Positions 1 through 9,756 of a stretch of DNA of 64,000 nucleotides are shown one piece after another. The notes beneath the pieces were generated by a model that had not been told where the DNA came from, did not search any database, and worked only from the letters and a program-made list of their open reading frames with translations. Location: NCBI GenBank assembly GCA_963666515.2, contig OY762897.2, positions 2,656,001 to 2,720,000 of the forward strand, given 5' to 3'. Numbering within the stretch: position 1 is the first letter of the stretch; each line of letters opens with the position of its first letter. A program made the position numbers and the translations under genes. Source of the stretch: Candidatus Binatia bacterium. Its GTDB lineage: Bacteria; Desulfobacterota; Binatia; UBA9968; JAJDTQ01.

Positions 1-634
1 TGACCAGGAAAATCCCTTGTGAATACAGGTGGTTGAGCCAACTGAAGTCCACGTAGCCCCGGTCCGCCACCAGGATGCTGCCCTGGGGCAAGGTCAGCGC
101 CCGCGCTCCATGGATGTCGGAAGTCTTGCCGTCGGTGATGTTGACGAAGGTCGGCAAATAACCGTCGTGGTCCAATCCCATGTGCACCTTCACCGCTCCC
201 TTGGTGGTACGGAACTTTGCCCACGGAAACAGCGACGGACACAAGTCGATGGTGCTCGCATCCAGTGAGTACAGCTTGTTCTTGAAGCGAAACTTGTGTC
301 CCGGCGCCTGACTCCGACAGCGGCCCAGCAACTTGCCGAACACCGCCTCGTATAACGTATACGGCTGCTTTTCGTTCACCCGCGCCAACGACGATCGGCT
401 CACCCCCTTCACCCCAAGGTGATACTGCTTGTCCGCTTGCACCTCCAGGTTCCCCACGATGTCCCGCAGACTGCTCCGCCCCGCCAATTGCCCCAGCACC
501 ATCGCCACGAACTGCCCCCACCGCGTCATCTTCCGCAGCCGCCGCCCCTCGTGGTGCTCCCGCGCCTCCCTCTCAAATTCATGTCTCGGCACCAGCTTGA
601 GTATTTGCCCCAGTACGGTATGATTGTATGCCAT
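1..634 (-). CDS. IS4-family DDE transposase (DUF4372 N-terminus), partial
   Basis: Not in ORF track. Manual translation from ATG at 634: MAYNHTVLGQILKLVPRHEF...SLRDI...LYSLDASTIDL...AVKVH...ILVADRGY (DDE motifs); runs off window. Confidence 0.9.
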   Translation of the reverse strand, partial: MAYNHTVLGQILKLVPRHEFEREAREHHEGRRLRKMTRWGQFVAMVLGQLAGRSSLRDIVGNLEVQADKQYHLGVKGVSRSSLARVNEKQPYTLYEAVFGKLLGRCRSQAPGHKFRFKNKLYSLDASTIDLCPSLFPWAKFRTTKGAVKVHMGLDHDGYLPTFVNITDGKTSDIHGARALTLPQGSILVADRGYVDFSWLNHLYSQGIFLV

Positions 635-734
635 GGACCTGAACCTCCCTGTTGATGGGGTTTGGATCATTCCATCATAACACAGGCGAGCTCTTCAGGT
701 CCTCCCCCGTTCGTATTTTTGTGGGACAGCAGTG
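1..734 (-). mobile_element. IS4-family insertion sequence, left end (continues beyond window)
   Basis: Transposase ORF on minus strand; candidate terminal inverted repeat CACTGCTGTCCCACAAAAA (minus strand) ends at 734; the other end lies outside the window. Confidence 0.8.
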
Positions 735-801
735 TTTTGGGATACACTGTTCCCGACGTCGTAGTGTAGTGGTAGCACAACTGCCGATTAGAGGAGTACC
801 A

Positions 802-1641
802 ATGCAGAAAGCGGAAAGCGCGGGTTCGATTCCCGACGGCGTTAACTCAGATGAGATTCCCATTTCGCAGCCGTTGCAGTTGCTGCTCAGAGATATCGGC
901 AGCGCCGTATTCGCACTCAATACCGCTGTCGTAGGATTAGACGCCGTAGAAAACGGCTACCAAAAGCCCGTTTCGTTAAATATCTCTTGGACGCCGCATG
1001 ATCGAAAAATTGCCGCCAGAAAATCGCGCAAATTCCTACTCGAAAGTGTATTGGTTCGCGTTTCAACCACGATCTATGAATATGTATCCGTGTTGAGCAA
1101 GCTAACTAGATTCGCGATTGTCCGGGAGAAGTGGCATAAGGACACTACAATTTCCGAACGAATTTCGACGATTGCAGCAGAAGTGCTGGACAAAGATGAC
1201 TACCTGATTCCTGGAGTAGTTTTGCTGGTTCATTGGCGAAACCGCGTTGTACATCCAAATTCAACCGCAAAACTCAAGCCGCATGAAAAACAAATTCTGC
1301 TAAAGAACGAGGACATAATCTCAGACAGATACAAGGGATTGAGGACAAGTGAACTTCTACAACACTTCGGAGATCAGCGGCCAAAGCTCAAAGATATTTC
1401 TTCCCTAATCTCGATGACAATCAATCTAGCGCGCAAAGTGGACAGAAATATGCAACTAAATCTTAACAAAGCTGATCTAGATGCGTGGTTAGAACATTAT
1501 CAACTGATTCCCATGTTGAAAAAAATAGAGATGGAAACGTCTCCGGACAAATACAGAGCGTCAGTTTGTCGACTTCTAAAGTCCCGGGCGCCACGCTTGC
1601 TTGATGCATATCTGCAATATCTGCACCACTACAAACCATAG
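802..1641 (+). CDS. Hypothetical protein with HEPN-like RxxxxH motif
   Basis: RBS GAGGAG before ATG 802; lower GC; WRNRVVH motif in a helical-looking protein. Confidence 0.6.
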   Translation: MQKAESAGSIPDGVNSDEIPISQPLQLLLRDIGSAVFALNTAVVGLDAVENGYQKPVSLNISWTPHDRKIAARKSRKFLLESVLVRVSTTIYEYVSVLSKLTRFAIVREKWHKDTTISERISTIAAEVLDKDDYLIPGVVLLVHWRNRVVHPNSTAKLKPHEKQILLKNEDIISDRYKGLRTSELLQHFGDQRPKLKDISSLISMTINLARKVDRNMQLNLNKADLDAWLEHYQLIPMLKKIEMETSPDKYRASVCRLLKSRAPRLLDAYLQYLHHYKP

Positions 1642-1771
1642 CCCCTCGTAGTCGTCTACAGGCCAACCGGCACCACGGGCGGCCACCCGGCATCCCGGCA
1701 CCGGACTCCAGCCTATCTTCTCAAGGGCTCGCCATCAAGCGTAACTAGCCAAGTCTGACCGCGAATATCAC

Positions 1772-2554
1772 CTATAGCCGATTAAGTTCAAGTTTTATGT
1801 AATTGAGGGACTGTCGCACCCAGTTCTCGATGTCTGCGAGACTGGTTGGACCGTGCACGTGTTCGTCGTGTGGTGGCGATTTCCACCATGCCGCTGCGCT
1901 GGCGAAATGGATCCGACTGAGCCTCTGGGCCGTCACCAAGTCACGTACATCGACGTTCGAGAGTTGCGGGTTGAACTCATGAATCTCTGGTTCTGCTTCA
2001 GTTTTGAGGTGGCTGAGCAACTGCGCGGCGCGTTGAGACAAGTCGTCATCCGGTAGACTGTCCAGGGCGTCAAACTGCCAATGCGGATGGCCGGCATCAG
2101 CAGCCTGGAAGCTGTAGTCATCACCACTCCACCTTGCCCAACCGGCCCATTCGGCTCGAAACATCTGCGGTTTGAAGGCATCGTTCCTCAGTCCAAAATG
2201 AATGGAAAGCCCGACTGACCTGAAGGAATATCTACGGATGCCATGGCTCCGCTGTTCTTCATCCCATTCCTCACGGTATCCGAGCCATACCCAGAGGCCT
2301 TGTCCAAGACTCAACACTGGCGCGACAGAGACAGGCCTCCCGCGATTCCGAGGAATAGTTTCACAACCGGACCCGCGCAGACCGCCTATCAATTGCCGAT
2401 GGGCGAATTCGGCTACGACCTGCAACAGGGCCGACCCATCGACCGCAGCTGCGAGAATTTTGCCACTCTGCTTGAAATGCGTATCGAGTTTCGATTCAGA
2501 GGCGATTAGTGGTGCAGGCACGCCGTCAAACCCGATCAAGGAAATCGCCACCAT
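1772..2554 (-). CDS. Hypothetical protein (FRAEW...GHPHWQ motif)
   Basis: 260-aa ORF overlapping the 3' end of the methyltransferase gene. Confidence 0.75.
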   Translation of the reverse strand: MVAISLIGFDGVPAPLIASESKLDTHFKQSGKILAAAVDGSALLQVVAEFAHRQLIGGLRGSGCETIPRNRGRPVSVAPVLSLGQGLWVWLGYREEWDEEQRSHGIRRYSFRSVGLSIHFGLRNDAFKPQMFRAEWAGWARWSGDDYSFQAADAGHPHWQFDALDSLPDDDLSQRAAQLLSHLKTEAEPEIHEFNPQLSNVDVRDLVTAQRLSRIHFASAAAWWKSPPHDEHVHGPTSLADIENWVRQSLNYIKLELNRL

Positions 2555-4979
2555 AGAGTTCGGTCGTGTTGCGATCTACCGAATCTCTCCAGCTATCTTC
2601 AGCAAAGCGAGGTTCTCGACCCAATTCGACTAACCTGGAAATCAAACGACCCTTTCGCTCCTCTCTGGCAAGATCGACTAAGTCGGGTATCGGAATGTGT
2701 CCAACGTACCTAGGGCTGAGATTGAATTGGCCACCCGCAACATGTGGTGAGAAGATTTCCAATACCCTGCTAAAGGGACGGGAATTCATGATGGCAGTGT
2801 AGGCGCACACTAGGTCGGCAACTGGAAGCACGGTCTCTTCCTCTTCATCGTATGGTTGCCCGGCCTTTAGAAACCAGACATACCCTTGGACGACTAAAAA
2901 ATCTGGCTTCAAATCAACTGCGAAACCACCTGATCCACCGAAGTATTTCGAAACCAAACGCGATGTAGAATTGAAGGCCCAGGTCGCTCGCCTTTCAGAA
3001 AGCCCCCACCAATCTTTACGGTCGGCACGTATGAGACTCCTTCTAGCGATCAATCCCTCACGTCTGGGGATCAGAAAACTCTGAGCATACGCGGGAACCG
3101 CTGCCAGCAATTCATCTTCCGTCTTGAAACGTGGACCTTCGATGTCGTAGGGAAAAAACACCCAATAGAGCCGCTGAAGCCGTCCATCCTGAATGGAATG
3201 GTTCATGACTGCTGGTTTGAAAAACGACTTTTCTTTCTTTGGAAGTGCCTCGAAGGCGTCCTTGTCGATGACGAAAGCCTTGTTGTCGCCGGTAAGCACG
3301 CCCTGGTGGACCTGGAAGAGATCGGACACACGTGCGGCGCCGGCATCAATGAGCTTGGACAGAGCTGCTTCAGTCTTGGGCGTCGTCAATCGCCATGTTC
3401 GGCGTGACTGCAATTTTGCGGTTGGTACCTCGAACAAGCGCCATGCATTATCCTCGCCACTGTCGAATGCTCCCCGGCGAAATCGGCGCAACGTGCGTAA
3501 CGCGTCACCCGTAGCTTCGGCACTGTTGGTCGTGACCAGGGCCGTGGTGGTGCCGCGACGCGCTACAGAACTGGTTGGCTTTAGCATGACTGCTGCCGCC
3601 ACCTGAACGAGCGCATGCGCAAAGAGCCCATAGTCGCCCAGCGAGGCAAGCAAACGCAAATCTGTCCTCTCCAGTAGATCCGCACGCCAAGCCTCTGCGG
3701 CCTGGAGAGTCAACAGACTGGAGGGCAGCAACACACCCATGGCGCCGCCGGTGGAGAGAATATCAATCGCGTGGCTAACAAAGGCCATGCTAAAATCGCC
3801 TCGTCCTTGGAGACGATTACCCAGCACTTGTCGCATTTGGTGGCGCTGCGCGTCATCAAGGGAAGGCCACGCGATGAAAGGCGGATTCATCAGCACAACA
3901 TCCGCGAGCGGAAGCGGTTCGGCCAGCGAGTCGGCGACCCGAACGTCGATCTTGACACCACGGTCGGGGGACCAATCCGCGGCAGCGTGACGAACGATGA
4001 AATTGGCCATCGAGATCGCGGCTCGCGACGTATCACGACCAACCATTACGATCTCACCAGCGAAATTTAGCCGCCGCAACGCCCGAAGCGCCTCATGAAG
4101 AAATGAGCCAGAGCCGCAAGCCGGATCAAGAACCGTAAGCCGCTCCCTACTGTCCAAGCCTTCAACTTGCAACAGCGTTTGCTCGGCGACACAGCGGGCC
4201 AGCGCCGCGGGCGTAAAGTGGGCGCCCCCACGTGTAACCGGTTTGACCTCTGCGGGTCCGGCATAGCTAAAGAGATCGAGGCTTGGAGCACGGACGAGCT
4301 CAAAATGAGCTTCCTGGAAGATTTCGCTGCCCGCGTGGCGCACGGCGAGGGATGGGTACAGGCGGAAAGGCCGTAGCGAAGTGGGTTCGCGAAGCTCCCT
4401 GACAAGGGAATTGACGCCATTCTTAGGTAACTCACGAAGAAGCTCGGCACCATCGTCAGCGTTCAGGAGTGCGATGCGGTCTCTACCGCTCGCTTCATGT
4501 CGGTCCTGCTCGATGATCTGCGTGAGAAAGGCAAGGAAGGCATCTGTGCTTTGTTCATCGGGAAGACCTGCGTCAGCCACTAAAGACCGCATACGACGGA
4601 ACAAGTTGAGCACATAATCAACCACTCTCTGGCTGGATTTCACACGATCGGTGGCGAGGTAGCTGTAGAACGATTCGATCTGGGCTTCGACGCTGGGTCT
4701 GGAAAGCACTTCAGTTCGGGAGCTATCCCAACGCGTAACAGCGACGACTTTGTCCGTCACCGTTACATGATGGGGCAAATCGCTTGACCAAGCCCAGCAG
4801 GCGGTTTTCTTGTCGAGCCAAAGCTCTTCGGCGGTTTCAGACATCGCAAAACTGCCGTAACCGCCGTCGAGCAGTACAGCATGAGAGCCTGCGGCATCCA
4901 CTTCTTCGGTCTCAAACAACGGCGTCAATGCTAAGCCAAACTGACCGGCCCAGCGTTGTGGCAGTCCATCCATAATCAC
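2526..4979 (-). CDS. N6-adenine DNA methyltransferase, gamma-class (Eco57I/TaqI-like) with C-terminal target-recognition region
   Basis: Motif X (GAHFTP), motif I (LDPACGSGSFL), motif IV (MNPPF), TRD-like GVLTGDNKAF. Confidence 0.88.
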   Translation of the reverse strand: MIMDGLPQRWAGQFGLALTPLFETEEVDAAGSHAVLLDGGYGSFAMSETAEELWLDKKTACWAWSSDLPHHVTVTDKVVAVTRWDSSRTEVLSRPSVEAQIESFYSYLATDRVKSSQRVVDYVLNLFRRMRSLVADAGLPDEQSTDAFLAFLTQIIEQDRHEASGRDRIALLNADDGAELLRELPKNGVNSLVRELREPTSLRPFRLYPSLAVRHAGSEIFQEAHFELVRAPSLDLFSYAGPAEVKPVTRGGAHFTPAALARCVAEQTLLQVEGLDSRERLTVLDPACGSGSFLHEALRALRRLNFAGEIVMVGRDTSRAAISMANFIVRHAAADWSPDRGVKIDVRVADSLAEPLPLADVVLMNPPFIAWPSLDDAQRHQMRQVLGNRLQGRGDFSMAFVSHAIDILSTGGAMGVLLPSSLLTLQAAEAWRADLLERTDLRLLASLGDYGLFAHALVQVAAAVMLKPTSSVARRGTTTALVTTNSAEATGDALRTLRRFRRGAFDSGEDNAWRLFEVPTAKLQSRRTWRLTTPKTEAALSKLIDAGAARVSDLFQVHQGVLTGDNKAFVIDKDAFEALPKKEKSFFKPAVMNHSIQDGRLQRLYWVFFPYDIEGPRFKTEDELLAAVPAYAQSFLIPRREGLIARRSLIRADRKDWWGLSERRATWAFNSTSRLVSKYFGGSGGFAVDLKPDFLVVQGYVWFLKAGQPYDEEEETVLPVADLVCAYTAIMNSRPFSRVLEIFSPHVAGGQFNLSPRYVGHIPIPDLVDLAREERKGRLISRLVELGREPRFAEDSWRDSVDRNTTELYGGDFLDRV

Positions 4980-5443
4980 CGCGACACCGCCATGACTGGG
5001 AAGAGGGATAACTGATCTGGACGTGCTAAAGACAACTTGGAAGCAAGGACTATGAGATGGGACTCCAGCGGCAGGATCAAGCCAGTCTGGCCAATCTTGG
5101 AGACATCATCGACGAGTAGGGCGGTTTGGCGGTTCGGAAAGAACACTGAGGAGCGCCAAAGCCGCGGAAATGCGGCGCTATCCAACTTCTCTCTGAGATT
5201 CTCTGCAGCCGGAGCCCAAGCTCCCACCTCGGCTGCGAATTCATTATGTAAGACGAGAAGGAGTCGCAGGACAAGCAGGGTCTGCCAAGTGTAGAGCGCA
5301 TGTCGGCCCGGGCCGTCTGGGCGGATATCTGGCGAGATTAACTCACGGCGCCCACGTCCCGTCCATTCGCGAAGTTGGCTGCGCGTTAGGCCGGTCGCCT
5401 CCAGCGCGTCGGCAGATTGAAAGAGTCTCATGGCGACTATCAT
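4976..5443 (-). CDS. MerR-like HTH DNA-binding protein (start may be 5431)
   Basis: ADALEATGLTRSQLREW...GRHALYT resembles a MerR-type winged HTH; GTGA overlap with the MTase start. Confidence 0.7.
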   Translation of the reverse strand: MIVAMRLFQSADALEATGLTRSQLREWTGRGRRELISPDIRPDGPGRHALYTWQTLLVLRLLLVLHNEFAAEVGAWAPAAENLREKLDSAAFPRLWRSSVFFPNRQTALLVDDVSKIGQTGLILPLESHLIVLASKLSLARPDQLSLFPVMAVSR

Positions 5444-5462
5444 ATTTTAGGAGTATCACACC

Positions 5463-5491
5463 TCCATAGTGGGTACAATACCCACTATGGA
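5463..5491. promoter_or_regulatory. Perfect 13-bp inverted repeat, candidate operator
   Basis: TCCATAGTGGGTA-CAA-TACCCACTATGGA about 20 bp upstream of the HTH gene. Confidence 0.7.
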
Positions 5492-5566
5492 CCTTGTATC
5501 GCCGTCTTCCTGCACGACAAACGGAGACCACCTCATCCAGCGCCGGCCTCCGGGGGCCAGTTGGAA

Positions 5567-5878
5567 GCGGCGGTTGATGGCGTCAAGAGGGCGGTAGAGC
5601 CAGTCGCCGAGATACATGGCCGCATACCGCCGATAGCCCCGCTCGGTGCTGGCTGCGCGACCGTGGCACGGACTCGATGTAGTCCATGCAGGCTTCGCCC
5701 AGTCGCGGCAGGGCGCGTGCGTCGGCGCGTTCCCCCGCAGGGTCGTCGCCTGCGGCGACGCGTCCGAGCAACTCCTGGGCTAGACGCCTTGCTTGGTCCG
5801 GGACGACCCGATCCAGGGCTCGTCTTCGACCTGAGAGCGTCTAATGTGCGCTTGGTCAGCGCGAGCTTTACCTTTGAA
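5567..5878 (-). pseudogene. Tyrosine integrase N-terminal remnant (arm-DNA-binding, DUF4102-like)
   Basis: Pieces in shifting frames: SKVKLALTKRTLDAL / EPWI / PDQARRLAQELLGRVAAGDDPAGER / YLGDWLYRPLDAINRR; no catalytic domain. Confidence 0.7.
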
Positions 5879-5935
5879 ACCCGCCCCTACATGGACATGA
5901 GACGCCCTGCCCACTGGCCACGGCCTCGCCGCAGC

Positions 5936-6931
5936 CTACTTCATCCGGTGCAGCACGTTCTCCGCCAGGGCCTGCAAGTATTCCTTCCGTCCCGACAGGT
6001 CCTTGGGCATGTTGAGCAGGGTCATGCCCACGTACTCCACGCCGTCCTCGGCGAGGCGGCTCAGGTCCTCCAGGCAGTCGTCGCCGTTGCCGGTGACGGC
6101 CCAGGCGCTGACTTCGGAGTCGGAGGCGATGTTGATCTTGACCATGGTGTCTTCCTGCATGTTCCAACTGCTGTACATCTTGTAGGAAGACGCCGCGGAC
6201 TCGCGCGCCTGGGCGATGGCGGTCTCGCGGTCGGGGGCATAGGCCACGCCCCGGGAAATGGTGATGTGGCCGGCGTCCTGGCCCGTGACGCTGCGCTCGT
6301 CGCGGTAGATGGAGATGAGACGGGCGACGTCGTCGAAGCCCACCTGGGGTGCCAGGTAGGCGGCGTCGGCGATGCGGGCGGATCGGCGCACCGCGCCTTC
6401 GCTCTGGCAGGCGATCCAGATGGGGGGATGGGGCTTCTGAATGGGCGTGAATCCCATCTTGGCGCCGTGCACGGTCCAGTACTTGCCCTCGTGGTCGATC
6501 TCCTCGCCGGTCCAGAGCTTCTTCATCACCTCGATGGACTCGGTCATGCGCGAGGCCCGCTGCTTGCGGTTGGAGCCGATGGCCTCGAGCTCGGTGTCGC
6601 GGTAGCCGAGGCCCACGCCGAGCACGAAGCGGCCCTTAGCGATGTGGTCCAGGGTGGCCACGTCTTCCGCCACCTGGAGCGGGTTGTGGAGCGGCAGCAG
6701 CACGATGCCGGTCTGGAGCCGCATCTCGCCCACCTCCGGGGCCAAGCGCGCCAGCATGGGGAAGGGCTGCGGCCAGATGGTGGGGTGCGACACCCAGTGC
6801 TGGGGCATGGTGATGGCGGCGAAGCCGCAGTCGCGGGCGACGTGGCAGATTTCCACGGCGTCGTCGATCTGTTCGTGCAGCGGGCGCGCGGGGTTGGTGA
6901 AGAAAGAACGGAAATAGATGCCAAGTTCCAC
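5936..6931 (-). CDS. LLM-class flavin-dependent oxidoreductase
   Basis: PQHW, LLPLHNPLQVAEDVATLD, GRFVLGVGLGY, PIQKPHPPIW; GTG start after AGGAGG. Confidence 0.9.
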   Translation of the reverse strand: MELGIYFRSFFTNPARPLHEQIDDAVEICHVARDCGFAAITMPQHWVSHPTIWPQPFPMLARLAPEVGEMRLQTGIVLLPLHNPLQVAEDVATLDHIAKGRFVLGVGLGYRDTELEAIGSNRKQRASRMTESIEVMKKLWTGEEIDHEGKYWTVHGAKMGFTPIQKPHPPIWIACQSEGAVRRSARIADAAYLAPQVGFDDVARLISIYRDERSVTGQDAGHITISRGVAYAPDRETAIAQARESAASSYKMYSSWNMQEDTMVKINIASDSEVSAWAVTGNGDDCLEDLSRLAEDGVEYVGMTLLNMPKDLSGRKEYLQALAENVLHRMK

Positions 6932-7005
6932 TGGAGTCCTCCTGAAGGGTGAACCTACTTCATGGCAAGTGGGGCCTGTCCTTGTCAAACTGCGCCCCGC
7001 CCCAC

Positions 7006-7033
7006 CTGGATTCCGGCTTTCGCCGGAATGACG
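7006..7033. repeat. CGTC-type REP palindrome
   Basis: CTGGATTCCGGCTTTCGCCGGAATGACG, recurring at 9.7, 35.8 and 37.0 kb. Confidence 0.85.
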
Positions 7034-7115
7034 GGAGGGAGGCCGGGAATGACAGAGGGGCGGGGCGGGATCGGCAAGTTGACAGAAACCGGCACGTCCA
7101 CTAACACGTAGCGGC

Positions 7116-8522
7116 ATGGCTTCATCATCCACTGGAGGGGGTCCCGAGGTTGACGTGCTCATCGCGGGCGGGGGGAACGCGGCGATGTGCGCGGCCATCA
7201 TGGCCCGTCACGGGGGCGCCAGCGTGCTGGTGCTGGAGGCGGCGCCCAAGGCGTTTCGGGGCGGCAACAGCCGGCATACGCGCAACCTTCGCTACATGCA
7301 CGAGGGCGAGGACGGGTTCCTCACGGGCACGTATCCGGAGGACGAGTTCTACGAGGATCTGCTGCGGGTGACCGGCGGCGACACCAACGAGGAGCTGGCG
7401 CGCTTCTGCATCCGCGAGTCCCAGGACGCGGGCGAATGGATGTCGGCCCACGGGATCAAATGGCAGCCGTCGCTGCGCGGCACGCTGCAACTTTCGCGCA
7501 CCAACGCCTTCTTCCTGGGCGGCGGCAAGGCGCTGGTGAACGCCTACTACGACACCGCGGAGAAGATGGGCATCCAGGCGGAGTACGAGACCGAGGTGCG
7601 GGACCTGAACATCGAGGACGGCGTGTTCCGCTCCGCGGTGGTGGAGCACAAGGGCCAGACGCGCGAGGTGGCGGCCAAGGCCTTCATCGGCGCCTCCGGC
7701 GGCTTCGAGGCCAACGTGCCGTGGCTCAAGGAATACTGGGGGGACGCCGCGGACAACTTCATCATCCGCGGCACGCCCTACAACAAGGGCCGGGTGCTGC
7801 GGCAGTTGTTCGACGCGGGCGCCAAGCCGGCGGGGCGGGCCAAGGGCTTCCACGCTATCGCGCTGGACGGGCGCGCGCCCAAGTTCGACGGCGGCATCGT
7901 GACCCGGCTCGACTGCGTCCCCTTCGGCGTCGTGCTCAACAAGAACGCCGAGCGCTTCTACGACGAGGGCGAGGACTTCTGGCCCAAGCGCTACGCCATA
8001 TGGGGCACGCTGATCGCCGGCCAGCCGGAGCAGGAGGCCTATTGCTTCGTGGACGCCAAGTCCATCGACCTGTTCCTGCCTTCGGTGTTCCCGCCCTTCC
8101 AGGCGGACTCGGTGCGGCAACTCGCCGCGGCCCTGGACTTGAACCCGGCCAAGGCGGAGGAGACGGTCAACGCGTTCAACGCCTCGGTCAAGCCCGGCGC
8201 CTTCGACCCCACGATCCTGGACGACTGCTCCACCGAGGACATGGACCCGCCCAAGAGCCACTGGGCGCGGCCCATCGACACACCGCCGTTCTACGGCTAT
8301 CCGCTCAGGCCGGGGATCACGTTCACCTACATGGGCGTGGCCGTGAACAAGCAGTGTCAGGTGCTGTTCGGCGAGGACCGGCCGTCGCCCAACATCTTCG
8401 CGGCCGGCGAGATGATGTCCGGCAACATCCTCGGCAAGGGTTATCTGGCGGGATTCGGCATGACCATCGGCACGGTGTTCGGCCGCATCGCAGGAAGGGA
8501 GGCCGCGCGTGCCATCGCCTGA
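7116..8522 (+). CDS. tcuA: FAD-dependent tricarballylate dehydrogenase TcuA
   Basis: GGGNAAMCAA, GGNSRHTRN, RAPKFDGGIVTRLDCV, GNILGKGYLAG. Confidence 0.92.
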   Translation: MASSSTGGGPEVDVLIAGGGNAAMCAAIMARHGGASVLVLEAAPKAFRGGNSRHTRNLRYMHEGEDGFLTGTYPEDEFYEDLLRVTGGDTNEELARFCIRESQDAGEWMSAHGIKWQPSLRGTLQLSRTNAFFLGGGKALVNAYYDTAEKMGIQAEYETEVRDLNIEDGVFRSAVVEHKGQTREVAAKAFIGASGGFEANVPWLKEYWGDAADNFIIRGTPYNKGRVLRQLFDAGAKPAGRAKGFHAIALDGRAPKFDGGIVTRLDCVPFGVVLNKNAERFYDEGEDFWPKRYAIWGTLIAGQPEQEAYCFVDAKSIDLFLPSVFPPFQADSVRQLAAALDLNPAKAEETVNAFNASVKPGAFDPTILDDCSTEDMDPPKSHWARPIDTPPFYGYPLRPGITFTYMGVAVNKQCQVLFGEDRPSPNIFAAGEMMSGNILGKGYLAGFGMTIGTVFGRIAGREAARAIA

Positions 8523-9627
8523 GCATCTCAAGGAAGCCGACCGGGTCATGACCATCTGCAACGCCTGCCGCTACTGCGCGGGCTTCTGCGCGGTGTTCCC
8601 GGCCATGGAGCGGCGCCGCACCTTCGACACCAAGGACCTGGTCTACATGTCCAACCTGTGCTTCGAGTGCCGCGCCTGCTACTACGCCTGCCAGTACGCG
8701 CCGCCCCACGAGTTCGCGGTGAACGTGCCCCAGGCGCTTTCCCGGCTCCGCGCCGACACCTACGAGGACTACGCCTGGCCCCGCGTGCTGAAGGGCTTCT
8801 ACAAGAACAACGCCTTCCTGGTGGGGCTCGTCACCACGGTGTGCATCGTCCTGGCCTTCGTGCTGACCCTGGCGTTCAAGGGGAGCGACACGCTCTTCTC
8901 CGCCCACCAGGGCGAGGGCGCGTTCTTTGCCGTGGTTCCCTACGGTGCCATGGTGTTCCCGGCCATGGTGATGTTCTTCTACGCCATCTTCGCGCTGCTG
9001 GCAGGTTTCGTGAGCTTCTGGCGCCGCACCCGCGGCAGCATCTCGGACCTGATCGACGTGCCCGCGTTCGCCCGCGCCGTGAAGGAAGCCTTCGGCCTGC
9101 AGTACATGAAGGGCGGGGGCGACGGCTGCAACTACCCCGACGAGAAGTTCTCCAAGAGCCGCATGTGGCACCACCACCTGGTGTTCTACGGTTTCGCCCT
9201 GGACTTCTGCGCCACCAGCATCGCGGCCTTCTACCACAACGTCCTCCACTGGCATTCGCCCTACCCCTACCTGAGCCTTCCGGTGGTGTTCGGGACGGTG
9301 GGCGGCGTCATGATGTGCATCGGCACGGTGGGGCTTCTCTACCTCAAGTCCAAGAGCGACCTGGACCCGGCCGAGGAGAAGATGCTCACCCTGGACAAGA
9401 CCTTCCTCTGGATGCTCTTCTGGACGAGCTTCACCGGGCTGCTGCTGCTGGTGTTCCGGGAGACCGCGATGATGGGGACGCTGCTGGTGATCCACCTGGG
9501 AGTGGTGGCCGGTCTGTTCCTGACCATCCCCTACAGCAAGTTCGCCCACGCCGTGTACCGCTACGCCGCGCTGGTCCAGAACGCCATCGAGGTGCGGGAG
9601 GACGAGAGCAAGATCGTCCTGGGGTGA
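8509..9627 (+). CDS. tcuB: Tricarballylate utilization 4Fe-4S membrane protein TcuB
   Basis: ICNACRYC, CFECRACYYACQYAPPHEF, PYSKFAH; overlaps tcuA. Confidence 0.92.
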   Translation: MPSPEHLKEADRVMTICNACRYCAGFCAVFPAMERRRTFDTKDLVYMSNLCFECRACYYACQYAPPHEFAVNVPQALSRLRADTYEDYAWPRVLKGFYKNNAFLVGLVTTVCIVLAFVLTLAFKGSDTLFSAHQGEGAFFAVVPYGAMVFPAMVMFFYAIFALLAGFVSFWRRTRGSISDLIDVPAFARAVKEAFGLQYMKGGGDGCNYPDEKFSKSRMWHHHLVFYGFALDFCATSIAAFYHNVLHWHSPYPYLSLPVVFGTVGGVMMCIGTVGLLYLKSKSDLDPAEEKMLTLDKTFLWMLFWTSFTGLLLLVFRETAMMGTLLVIHLGVVAGLFLTIPYSKFAHAVYRYAALVQNAIEVREDESKIVLG

Positions 9628-9659
9628 AGCGGTCGGGGAAGTTGCGAGCGGTGCCGCCC

Positions 9660-9745
9660 CGGATCCGTCATTCCGGCGAAAGCCGGAATCCAGAAACATG
9701 ATGGATGGACTCTGGATTCCGGCTTTCGCCGGAATGACGGATCCG
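9660..9745. repeat. Inverted REP doublet (REPIN-like) between convergent genes, likely terminator/stabiliser
   Basis: GGATCCGTCATTCCGGCGAAAGCCGGAATCCAG ... CTGGATTCCGGCTTTCGCCGGAATGACGGATCC. Confidence 0.85.
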
Positions 9746-9756
9746 AAACGCTATCA

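Noticed and set aside
652-801. 5' extension of ORF 652..1641
   Set aside because: Runs through the IS4 end; ATG 802 has a clear RBS
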